From the NCBI GenBank assembly GCA_951406725.2, contig OX597832.1, forward strand, positions 68,882,001 through 68,946,000: DNA of 64,000 nt. Reading direction: 5' to 3'. A program made the translations under genes and the position numbers. Below the pieces are notes generated by a model. That model did not search any database. It saw only the letters and a program-made list of their open reading frames with translations, and was not told the origin of the DNA. Source of the DNA: Octopus vulgaris. Its lineage: Eukaryota. Shown piece by piece: positions 53,342 through 64,000 of this stretch (position 1 is the first letter of the stretch; each line of letters starts with the position of its first letter).

Positions 53342-55909
53342 CACACACACATACGCACACACACATATATGTATGTATGTGTATTGTATTGTCAAAACTT
53401 TTTTATGTTTCCTAACAGCAATAAATCTCTTTGTTGCTAGAATTCCACCTTCTTCCTATCAACAGTCTCACCAGAGTCTTTACTCATGGCACATGCCTGA
53501 TGTTTTGGCAAATATGAATATGATTAATAACTTGTAGCTCCAAAAAATACCAATAGTAATAATAATGATGATGATGATGATATGAAACTAAGAAAGTGAA
53601 TCTACTTATTCAGAGACATGGAACAAAGAAAAAAGAGAAAGGAAGATAAAAGAAAATGAATGAGTAATTAGGAGCAGAATTTGATTGGTAACATTCCTAA
53701 GTGGCATGTAGGTCAGGTAGATATTGGCTGCAGTTGTTATGGCCTTGGTTCCTTGCAGCTATGGAAATCTATTAGAAACTGAACAGTCATTTTACCAAGG
53801 CAACTGGTATTGAAAACTTTACAACAGGTAATTGGAAAGTATAAACTGATTATATACTGATGTGTGTGTGTGTGTGTGTATGTGTGTGTATGTGTGTGTG
53901 CGTGTGTATGTGTGCGTGTATATGCATGCATGTGTGCATGTCTGTGTATGTGTGCGTGTCTGTGTATGTGTGTGCCTACATGCGTGTGTACATGCGTATG
54001 TGTGTATATGTTGAGGAACTGCTACTAAGCATTTGAAATTGAATAAGTAAACTCATTTCCAACCTTATGTTTTGGATTTATTCTCTGCAATACCAAACTA
54101 ATAAAAAAAAACAAAACACATATCCTCTGATGGAAGAACTTATTGCAAGATTTGGTTGATGCGTTCTGATTTTCTTAAACCCTCTTGTTATCAACCCTCC
54201 TAACATTGCCTCTGGTTCTTAGATACAATTTTCTTGTTTAAGCCTTTAATATTTAATACAGCCTTATCCAGGCCAAATATTCGATCTGTTTTATGCTGAA
54301 AGGGACAAGATCTGACCAAAGCTTTATAACTGGTTTTGAAAGACAGTAATTGAAAGAGGTTCGTAATACAGGCCTTTGTGAGTGTACGCATATGTGGACA
54401 CGTATATGTGTACATGTGTGTGCATGTGTGAGCGTGTTTCTTCATTTTCAAATTGCACATTTGTTGTAAATGAGTGTCAACAACATGTAAATTGGTGTTG
54501 TTCGTCTCCATGACAACTGATCCAGCCATGGGGAAAACATTACTTAGAAACAAATGAGATTTGGCAATGGGAGCAGCTTCCAGCTCTAGAAAAATCTGCC
54601 TCAAACATTTCTTTCTGACCCATTCCAAATGTAGAAAAATAACAATGAAACAATGGTGATGAATCTTTTGTATGCTCCTTGCACAATATACTCTTTCCTG
54701 TTGTGGTCCTCCATCAATGAGAGAAATTCAACCTCTCTCTCTCATTTTTCAACACATAGTGTATAGATATAATTGAGAATGTGCTTGTAATTATCATTGG
54801 TCCAGGGAGGCTGTCCGTTTCAGATTGAACTTTAAGTTAATGAAAGATAATGTTTACATGCACATAACATGTTATGTCAAATGCCGTGTAGCAAATGTAA
54901 TTAATTGAAATTACAATAATTTGTTGAAAGCAATTGCAAGAGAGCTATTTCCTGCCTGACTGTGTGTGGTCTTACGACTGACAAAGGTAGATGGCACAGG
55001 TAGAGTGGTAAAGCCCATTTAATGATTGCTTCACAGCACGAAGAATCTTGAGAAATGCGATCATTATACATTGAGTTAATATCTGCATGTATTTACTAAA
55101 ACTAACAGATATTTAAATTGTATATATACACTTATTTACTCAAAAATACTCATAAGCATACATGCACATCAATACATATGCATATATACATATGTAAACA
55201 TACCCACACACACACACATACATACCATCGGAGGTGCGTGTATCTGTATTAAGTATTGGTGGCTTAAACCTGCTTTACTCTATGTTTTCCTTATACAAAA
55301 TATGTCGGGTTTTTTCAGATACTAAGATCAAATTTGCAAGAGTACTCATGAACATTAATCAAATTAGCCAAGCATTCTAATGAACATTGATTACCTTTAA
55401 CTGATGTATAAAGTTCTTTCTCATTTGTCAATTCAAGTCACATGATGTCGAATTGGTTTTTATCAACCAGTAACAACCTGAAGGCATTCTAACAGGTATT
55501 GCATGAGGATGGGGGAATCTAATACAATAAACACATAATTGTCTTTACTTTCAACAGACCCAGAACCAATTACTTCAGTGGAATATTCAGTCACCATTTC
55601 TAATTCTTTGCTGCAGAGAAACAGAAATTTCCCCTACTCCCTGTTATTTCATTCACAAATTTCAGAGCCTGGCATATTATCTGTTCAGCATTAGCCTGAC
55701 CAGTTGCTATGTTATAGTCTTGACTTCAATAATGCCATTTACATCTTTCTGAAAATCTCCACATATTAAAGCATTAATATGTATCCCTGAATTTTCAGAT
55801 TTGTATCATATGCAATGCAAGTTTAGAAAATATGATTGCATCTGACAGTTGCTTACAAGTTATCTCACAGTTTCCAATCCCATGACAGGAAGTCATTAAT
55901 ATTCTATTA

Positions 55910-56297
55910 TTCTTTTACTTGTTTCAGTCATTTGAGTGCAGCCATGCTGGAGCACGGTCTTTAATCAAAGAAATCAATCCTAGGACTTATTCTTTTTAAG
56001 CATAGTACTTGTTTTATTGATCTCTGGTGTTGAACAGCTAAGTTACAGGGATGTAAGCACACCAGCATCGATTGTCAAGCGATTGTGGGGGAACAAACAC
56101 AGACACACAAACATATATATATACATATATATGGGATGGGCTTGTTTCAGTTTCTGTCTACTAAATCCACTCACAAGGCTTTGGTCAGCCTGAGGCTACA
56201 GTTGAAGGCACCTGCCCAAGTTACCACACAGGGGACAGAACCATGAACCATGTGGTTGGGAAGCAAGCTTCTTATCAAACAGCCACTCCTGTGCCTA
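55910..56297 (-). mobile_element. SINE family A, full length
   Basis: Reverse complement of 8140-8529. Confidence 0.8.
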
Positions 56298-56959
56298 TGA
56301 AAAAAATTTTACATTATTCAACCATAATTAACATTCTGGTTGCCTACATATTATAAAACATAATAACTCTTGAGTCTATAAAATTCAGATAAAGTATACT
56401 TATGTCAACAAAAGTTAGTTTCCACAACATCTGTTTAATGGCAATTTGTGTGTGTGTGTGTGTGTGAGCGAAACAGCCTAACTGATAAGTGCATGGCCCA
56501 TTGGTTAGAGGGTAGCATTGACGATTGTGAGATCATGGTTTTAGTTCACAGACCAAGTGGTGCATTGTTCTTATGAACAAACTACTGCCTTTCATGTCCC
56601 TCCACAATCATTTCGACATCTACGAGATATGTCGACTTGACTACAAACATTTATTCATCTATAAACAGTATAGATATGTTCATTATATCACAAGTTGACA
56701 GTCAACTCTGACTTTTGCCCAAAGCTGGGCTGTTGATGACTGTAGGGTAGATGGGCTACTTTTTATATAAGGGTAGACTGACCTGATATGGGTGTGTGTG
56801 GGGGTGATAATTTAAAGATGGAAGATTTAACTTTTGTTCAAAATTTCTCTCTGCAATGAATCTTTTTTTCATCCTGTGCATGTGCAACTTGGCTCTCACT
56901 GTGTGGGTGGCCGGGTGTCAGCCATTGTCCCTTGGTCATTGTGTACCCTTCAGTATGTC

Positions 56960-57446
56960 CACATGCTAACCATCAAAGAATGTACGTTCTTAGTTGCATG
57001 GGTGTTTCAAGCTGGAAACAAATACACAGATACTGTGAAACAGAAGTTCAGTGAAACTTTTCCAAATACTGTTATTCCACATTGTGACAATGTGCAGGAT
57101 GTGATAAGAAAATTTAGAAACACAGGCTCAGCAAGAAGTGGTAGGCCTACTGTTCTTTCAGATGAAACACTCTCCAATATTTCTCATAATCTATTGGCAA
57201 GCCCATCGAAGTCCTTACGCAAATTGTCACAGGAAATGGAAATTAGCCTAGGAAGTGCTCACATCGCAGTAAAAAAGAAATTAAATTTTATGTATTGAAA
57301 ATGGAGGATGACACTTTCAACACATCTTCTGGAGTTTTTTAAAGTCTTGTAAAGTCTAATATATTCTTTTGTAGTCTTATACCATCTTATAAATATTTAT
57401 TTTGCAATAAAATGCTTACTGCAGAGAGACATTTTGAACACCCTGC
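56960..57446 (+). mobile_element. Tc1/mariner-superfamily relic (N-terminal HTH region, internally deleted)
   Basis: ORF 56834..57298 contains F..TFPNT..P....V..VIRKFRNTGS.RSGRP...SPSKSLRKLSQE; TIR-like end GACATTTTGAACACCCTG. Confidence 0.7.
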
Positions 57447-58162
57447 ATTAGATGTGCAAACAGCCATTAATCAAAACTTTTGATTCAAATTACTAACACC
57501 CATGAGACTGCACCAACCCTGCACACAAAAGTCATGATTAAGGAAAATAATTACGTTTAATTATTTATAACTGCATCTGTAAATTTATTTAAATGTATTA
57601 CATAAGTGTATGAAGAATGTATCCTGAGTTAAGGTGTTCATGCAGGATTTTGTTTATGTATGGATTTACATGATATGTGCATGTGCGAGAGTGTATCCAC
57701 AGATATAAATATGTGTGTGTGTGAGAGTGTGTGTATAGACACATGTCCACATATACATACACACACACATATATAGAGAGAGAAAGATGGATGTGTCTGT
57801 GTAGATGGAAGGAGGAAAACCATTGCAAAAGCAACCTTACTCAGAAAGGATTGTATTTTGAAGAAATTGATGGAGATCTTGGCTCAAAGCATTGAGGTTC
57901 ATAGTTTTCTCTTTGACCTGACTGATGTTTCTGCAACAAGTATCTACTTGGGTTGACATTGTCTCTCATCAGAACCCAATGAAAAATTTCAGTAAAAGAC
58001 TCCTGTTAACAACATTCAAATGCATTTCTCTATTAAAAGCCATTTGATCCCATCTCCCTGACTTTAAAATAATTCTATACATCGAAGAGGCCAGGGAACA
58101 GAAGAAAGAAGACATGCACCCAATACCAGAGCTGAAGACACTTCCGAAAGGTGGGGGCCCTG

Positions 58163-58225
58163 CCACGTCAAAACGGTAGAGGAGTAGGGGCTAAAACCGG
58201 ACGTGGTTCCTTCTGATGATGTCTT
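58163..58225 (+). ncRNA. Candidate non-circularly permuted hammerhead-like fold
   Basis: CCACGTC-AAAA-CGGT-A^-GAGGAG-TA-GGGGCT-AAAA-CCG-GACGTGG-TTCCTT-CTGATGA-TGTCTT. All three stems can pair, but the GAAA box reads AAAA. Confidence 0.4.
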
Positions 58226-61200
58226 GAGCTAACTGGATCCTATAAAGGAGCTGTTGTGGTAGCAGACCACGAAACACGGTTGTAATTGCTCAGATACTGA
58301 CTGCAGGGAAAGACTTGCTAACAATTCAGAAAGAGGGATGACAAAGCGGAGAGACGCTTGACAGTACGACAGCGTAACGAAGGATCAAATGGGCTGGCAG
58401 CCTGATCTGGGGAAAAATTGCAACGAAAAACATGGGTAATCATGGCCCCATGATCCCAGACCACGGGGGGAGAATAAAGGATCAAATAGGGCGGAAAAAA
58501 ACGAAATGGACTTGGACCGGAAATGGACAATGAGAAAGGAAACGGTATAGGGATGGTAGATGAGGAGTTCAGCTGCTGCGGAAAAGTGCTTGCTAGTTAC
58601 ATCGGGCTGAGAATCCACCAGGGGAAGGTATGTCAGAAGAAAGTAATTCAACAACGCGGGTTGATAAACCATAAGACGTGGCCAGAACCCCCTGGAAAAT
58701 AACCATAGCGAGGTTCATTCCACAGTTGAATTGGAACAGTCAAAAAGACTGATAGGCGTGAAGAGAACAAAGGTTAAGTGGCCGAAAGCAAATGACGCAG
58801 CGAAAATTTGACGACGAGGTAGCAAGAATGACCACCAAATCCAAAGGCGACGACGAACAAAAGCTCGAAAACCTGTCTAATACAATCTACCAGGAGGGAG
58901 AAAAAAGATTTGGACTGGAAACAACAGGGAAGGTAGATTCAATGGCAAAGAACAGACCATCGAGGAGAGAAAGATGGATCGCAAAGATTCGAGAAGAGAA
59001 GAAAAAACTCAGAACAACAGGGAGGGATGCAAAGGAGGAGGAAAGAGAAGAGATATATGAAGAGATAAAAAAAGAGGCATCGAGATCTGCTAAGAAAACA
59101 AAGAAGGAGGAGCAGAAGAAAGGAGAGAGAAAAAAACTATCGTAGCTTTGTGAACAATCCTTATCAATATGCGAAACATCTATTTACGGAAAGTAAAAGC
59201 GGAAAATTGGATTGCATGAAAGAAGAGCTCGAACAACATCTGAAAGAGACATACAGCGACTCGGACTGAAATGCACGGACTGAAGAAACCATCTGAACCA
59301 AGAGTACCATTTGATTTGGGCGACATCAAACGGAAAGAAATGGATGAGTTCATAAGGAAAGCAAGAGCAAAAAGTGCACCAAGGAACGATGGAGTGAGCT
59401 ACAAGGTATATAAATATTGCCCAAAATTATGCTTGCAGCTGCTTGCACTGATAAAGAAATGCAGAAGAAGAAAGATGTAGCAGAGCGATGGTGTATAGCC
59501 GAAGGTATCTATCTACCTAAAGAAAAAGAGGCAAAAACATTAGGTCAATTTAGACCAATTTCACTACTAAATACGGACGGGAAAATCATGTTTGGAATAA
59601 TTGCTAGACGAATCATAAGATTCGTACAGCATAACGGATATGTTAATGAAGCAATCCAAAAAGCAGGAATCCCCGGAATCCATGGGTGCATAGAACACGC
59701 ATTTTCCATCTGGGAAGCCATCACCTGTGCAAAACAAATGAATAAAAACCTGTATATTGTTTGGCTAGATCTTGCCAATGCTTATGGATCTGTTCCGCAC
59801 ACAATAGTAAAAACAGCGATGGACTTCTTTTGGATTCCAAAAGATGTTCAACAAATGCTCATGTCGTACTACGACAACCTGAGGAGGAGATTTACAGCAG
59901 GAAAGTTCACAACGGAGTGGCAATGGCTTGAAATAGGTATTGCAGCTGGATGCACGATATCAGTCATCTTATTCGTGCTAGTCATGGAAATGCTACTCAG
60001 ATCTACAAACTGTGAGAAAGCTGTTACAAAGACACCATTAAGGGCTTTTATGGACAACGTAACTATATTATCGGAAAGTACAGAAGCAGCAGAGGGAACG
60101 ATAGAGCTGTTGCATGAACTGATAGGATGGGCAAGGATGAAATTCAAAGCCAAAATATCTCGAAGTATGGCTTTCGTGAAAGGAAGGCAAGAAGAAGTGA
60201 AATTCAGGATAGGAAGTGAAAACATACCAACGGTGAAAGAACAACTAGTAAAGAGTCTCGGCAGATGGTATAGAGATATATTAAATGATAAGAAGCAAGG
60301 GAAAGAAACACACGAGTTAATAGAACAAGGATTAAAGGCAATTGACAGAACAACGCTGCCAGGAAAATTCAAGTGTTGGATACTGCAATTTGGGCTGTAC
60401 CCAAGAATATTGTGGCCATTGCAAATGTACGAAATAGCCTCGAGTAGAGTAGAAAGGATGGAACAAAGATGCAGTGTGTTTATCAGAAAATGACTTGGTC
60501 TGCCGAAACCATTGAATACAACTGCACTATATGGAAAACCCATGCTGCAACTACCAATAGCATCAATCGCCGAAGAATATAAGGCAGGAAAGGCAAGGAC
60601 AGAATGATGCTAAGGTATTCAAAACATCAGAGCATCCGGGAAAACCCTCCAAAGGTACGAACAGGGAGGAAATGGAAGGCGGAAGAGGCAGTAAACAGGG
60701 TGATCGGAAAACTAAGGCACGCAGATATAGTTGGAGCGACACAAGAAGTTAGAACCGGCCTAGGGTCGCAAAATTTCAGGCCATTTTGCGAGAGCAGTGT
60801 AAAAGAGATGAAAGAGGCAGTGGTATACGAAGTGAGAAAGGAGGAAGAAGAAAAAGGCAAAATATACATTTGGTGCAATGCAGTCAACAGGGGCAGTGCC
60901 TGAGATTGGAGGAATATACGATCAACCGCAGAATATCATGGAAGGAACTTTGGGCTTGGGAACAAGCAAGAACATCCTTCCTGATCAAGTCTACCTTCGA
61001 CATTCTACCCTCACCGGCAAACTTAGTGCGGTGGAACATAAAAACAACTAAAGGTGTGTAGATACGGAGAGAAAGCGACGGTTAGACATGTTCTGTCAAG
61101 TTGCAGACTAGCACTTGAAAGATATACATGGCGGCATGATCAAGTCCTCGGCGTCATAAGCGCAGCACTCAAGGAGAAGATCGAGAGGTCCAATAGGGGA

Positions 61201-61834
61201 GAGTACCCAAAAGTAGAAAAGCACAGGAAAGTATACTTCCACAAGGAGGGAAAAAGGTTATAAAACCAGGACTACAAGTAAAGTATACGAGATAGACGGA
61301 AGATGGAAGGGATACTGGGAGGTGGCCATGGACTTGGAAAGACAAGTAATATTTCCACTAATAAAAACAACAAAAAGACTGGATTTAATTCTATGGAACA
61401 GAGACCGGAGAATGGGAATTTTACTAGAACTGACAGTACCTTGGGAAGAGAACATCGGCAATGCAGAGGAACAAAAGGAGGAGAGGTATGAAAAGCTAAT
61501 CGAAGAATGCAGAGAACAGGGATGGAATGTTGAATATTATCACCTGGCAGTGGGGGCTAGGAGCTTCATTGAAAATGACAATGCTTTTCAAAAGAAGATT
61601 TGTTTTTTCTAGCCCCGAGCTGCGTAAACAAATAAGGGGAGTACAGGAGGCGGTCGAAAAAGCCAGCTTCTATATATGGCTGAAGCGGGTAGACCGAAAA
61701 TGGCTTGAAAGTCATAAACACGCCGACGGGAAATAACATCATTAGGTGAGACAAGCTGACTGAATCAGCTTCGCCGACTGACAGATGGCGGTCGTTTAGA
61801 AAAAACGCGGGCTAAAACTATGTGCCTTCACTGG

Positions 61835-62187
61835 TCAGTTAAGGTGAGACAGTGTCACGTGACAACTTGCTGGGGCTGCCTGCTGGAGCCTTGCAGCAGG
61901 TATTTAAAGGGAAAAATTTGACAAGTCAGTCAGTCACCGGCTGACACTCACTGTAGATACATCGAAGAGGCCAGGGAACAGAAGAAAGAAGACATGCATG
62001 GTGTCTTCAGCTCTGGTGTTTGGTGCATGTCTTCTTTCTTCTGTTCCCTGGCCTCTTCGATGTATCGTCAGTGAGTGTCAGCTGGTGACTGACTGACTTG
62101 TCAAATTTTTCCCTTTAAATACCTGCTGCAAGGCTACAGCAGGCAGCCCCAGCAAGTTGTCACGTGACACTGTCTCACCTTAACTGA
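61835..62187. repeat. 164-bp-arm hairpin (61835-61998 / 62024-62187, 25-nt loop)
   Basis: Position i pairs with 124022-i; 4 mismatches counted. Confidence 0.95.
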
Positions 62188-62336
62188 TGATGTCTTGAGC
62201 TAACTGGATCCTATAAAGGAGCTGTTGTGGTAGCAGACCATGAAACACAGTTGTAATTCCTGGAAACATGCAAGAACTCCTTATCAAAATATACAAGTCA
62301 AAATAAATCTGAAAATATTCAAAATATATGTCTTAC

Positions 62337-62574
62337 ATTTGCTTTCATTTCAAGAACTTTCAAGTCATCTTGATTAGCTTTTAATTCTTGTTCCTTTCGA
62401 TATTTCAATGACCGTAACTCTCGGAGGTCTGCTTCGAGTTTCTCTTTGTCTTTCTCTTCTTTTAAAAGTAATATCTCAAGTTGGTCGGCAGCCTCTTTTG
62501 CTGACATTGATGATTTCGTAACAATGTCCAGCTTTTCTTTCATCTCCTCATATTTCTCAGTGAGCAACTCGTTT
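62337..62574 (-). CDS. CCDC39: Coiled-coil domain-containing protein 39, internal exon (NELLTEKYEEMKEKLDIVTKSSMSAKEAADQLEILLLKEEKDKEKLEADLRELRSLKYRKEQELKANQDDLKVLEMKAN)
   Basis: Acceptor tttcag| at 62575 and donor |gtaaga at 62336. The peptide aligns by eye with the vertebrate CCDC39 segment [38 protein letters not shown] (recalled from memory). It ends in phase 0, matching the next exon. Confidence 0.88.
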
Positions 62575-64000
62575 CTGAAATGAGAATTAATAGATTAACA
62601 CATAAGCAGAAAAATTTAATATCAAAGAAGCAAATGAAATGGTAAATAAGTTAGAGAAAAGCAAAAAGAACTTGAATAGAAACTAAGTTTTAATTAGATA
62701 TATGCTGAGCAGATGTGATTATTAATAGATTACAAGAGCTTGTTTGTCGTATGTTTTAGGCAAAAATGTCAATCTCAACAAATAAGTTAATTGACTAATC
62801 AACACTAAATTTATTATAGTGTTAAGTAATATATTTTAAAAACAAAATGAATGAGCAGTGTTTAGAATTACTGTTTCATGAAGTGAGAAGAAGTGTTGTT
62901 TGCAACAAGGTTCTTTCCCAGAGAAGGAACCAATATATGATTTTGTTTTTACATCCATTTTTCTAGTTTTAACTTTGTATGATAGCTGTAAATGAGTGTC
63001 ACAATCATATGAGTGGCATCATTTCCTTTCAGTCTTGCATAAAATACACATCTGGTCGTTGGGAAATAGTACCTTGCTTTGAAACAAGTGATGTTTGGTG
63101 ACTAAAAGAGCTCTTGATGATAGAAAAATCTGCCACAACAAAATCCCTCTAACTCATGCAAGTATGGAAAAATGAACATTAAGACGATGATTATGATGAT
63201 GATGATGATGGTGATGATGATAGTATAGTTCCTGAGCTCAGATACTATTTGTTTCATTCTGCTTCAAATCTTCTGACAGGTTCTTCTTTTCTCCATGGCA
63301 TATGAATTTATCAGAACTTAAGGAACTTACAAACATACAGATGATTAAAAATAATATATATACACCCGCCTTCAGACATTAATAAAAAGCTATTCAACCT
63401 TAGATAATTACTCCAATATTTATATAATTATATTACATTATTCAGAATATGAAGAAAAAAATTAATGGTTTTCTACAAACTAAAAGCTTCTTTTGACATT
63501 TTGAGAAGCACCATTTTGTGTGTATATTCCTTTGGGAAAATGGTGAGAAAATGGCAGTAATATTTAGAATATCTGACGTGATGAATCACTGTATTTTCGT
63601 TTGCCTGTTATAGTTGTAGTTATTTTTGTAGCTTTTGTTTTTACTTTTTGCTATATTTGTTGCCAGTTACTACACAAAACAAGCTAGTCTCAGACCTATG
63701 ATCAAAGATGTTCCAGTCACAACAACCCTTTTTTTGTATATGTATGACTCCTCTGTCCAATATATTTTGTGGTTGATATTTAGCCCTGTATCAGCCCAGC
63801 TCAACTAGAATGATCAACAACTTTCAATCCATGTCCTTCCCATCTTATTTTCTAGACATATATTACTTAATGCATATATTTTGTTACTGTAGACCATGAT
63901 CGGAAGATTTGATTTAATATCTTAATAGATAAATATGATTAAAAACAAACTCTCATGTCAATATGATGTCTTACTTTAGATGGAAAGATGGACTTTGTCA

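Larger units (their letters stand above)
58077..62258 (+). mobile_element. Hero-clade RLE non-LTR retrotransposon (dead copy) with terminal direct and inverted repeats
   Basis: N-terminal zinc finger CCGKVLASYIGLRIHQGKVC (about 58570). RT motifs QFRPISLLN, QKAGIPG..GCIEH, WLDLANAYGSVPH, GIAAGCTIS, AFMDN. CCHC remnant plus RYTWRHDQVL. RLE motifs RLDLILW, ELTVPWEE, K..RYEKL, VGAR. Many frameshifts; coding span about 58340-61736. Confidence 0.88.

Noticed and set aside
25652-53537. Dozens of YI/CV/HT/YVCM-rich ORFs (also 578-880, 5235-5552, 6182-6448)
   Set aside because: They are translations of TA, CA, TACA and GAT microsatellites.
58130-58160. CTGAAGA followed by a small hairpin
   Set aside because: It is followed by GGGG rather than GAAA and has no stem III.
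58151-58200. Possible pistol or HDV-like ribozyme (GTGG..CCAC, GGCTAA)
   Set aside because: I could not build the required P3/P1.1 or pistol P2/P3 elements by eye.
58213-58287. Segment b read as an ordinary type I hammerhead (CTGATGA...GAAAC...GTA)
   Set aside because: No stem I forms in either copy and stem II is out of register; in the 5' copy the CTGATGA fits better with the upstream swapped fold.

Overview
AT-rich, microsatellite-saturated animal genomic DNA; the SINE and RTE repertoire suggests an octopus or other coleoid cephalopod (inference). The only host-gene coding sequence I can support is three minus-strand exons of a CCDC39 orthologue (62337-62574, 24234-24323, 17602-17766), with canonical GT-AG sites and matching phase, separated by introns of 38,013 and 6,467 bp. 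The rest of the window is intronic, or presumed intronic below 17601, and mostly transposon-derived: two RTE-clade LINE families, two tRNA-like SINE families, Penelope-like GIY-YIG relics, R4/Dong-like and Hero-like RLE retrotransposons, mariner/Tc1, Helitron and Crypton-like relics. The most notable signals are RNA-structural. (1) A Hero-clade RLE retrotransposon carries LTR-like terminal direct repeats, a 164-bp 3' hairpin and a candidate non-circularly permuted hammerhead fold in its 5' terminal region. (2) At least four unrelated minimal type I hammerhead-like motifs sit in short non-coding islands inserted in (TA)n tracts. (3) A 459-bp near-perfect palindrome is made of inverted hammerhead-bearing repeats. 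All folds and alignments were done by eye and are untested.
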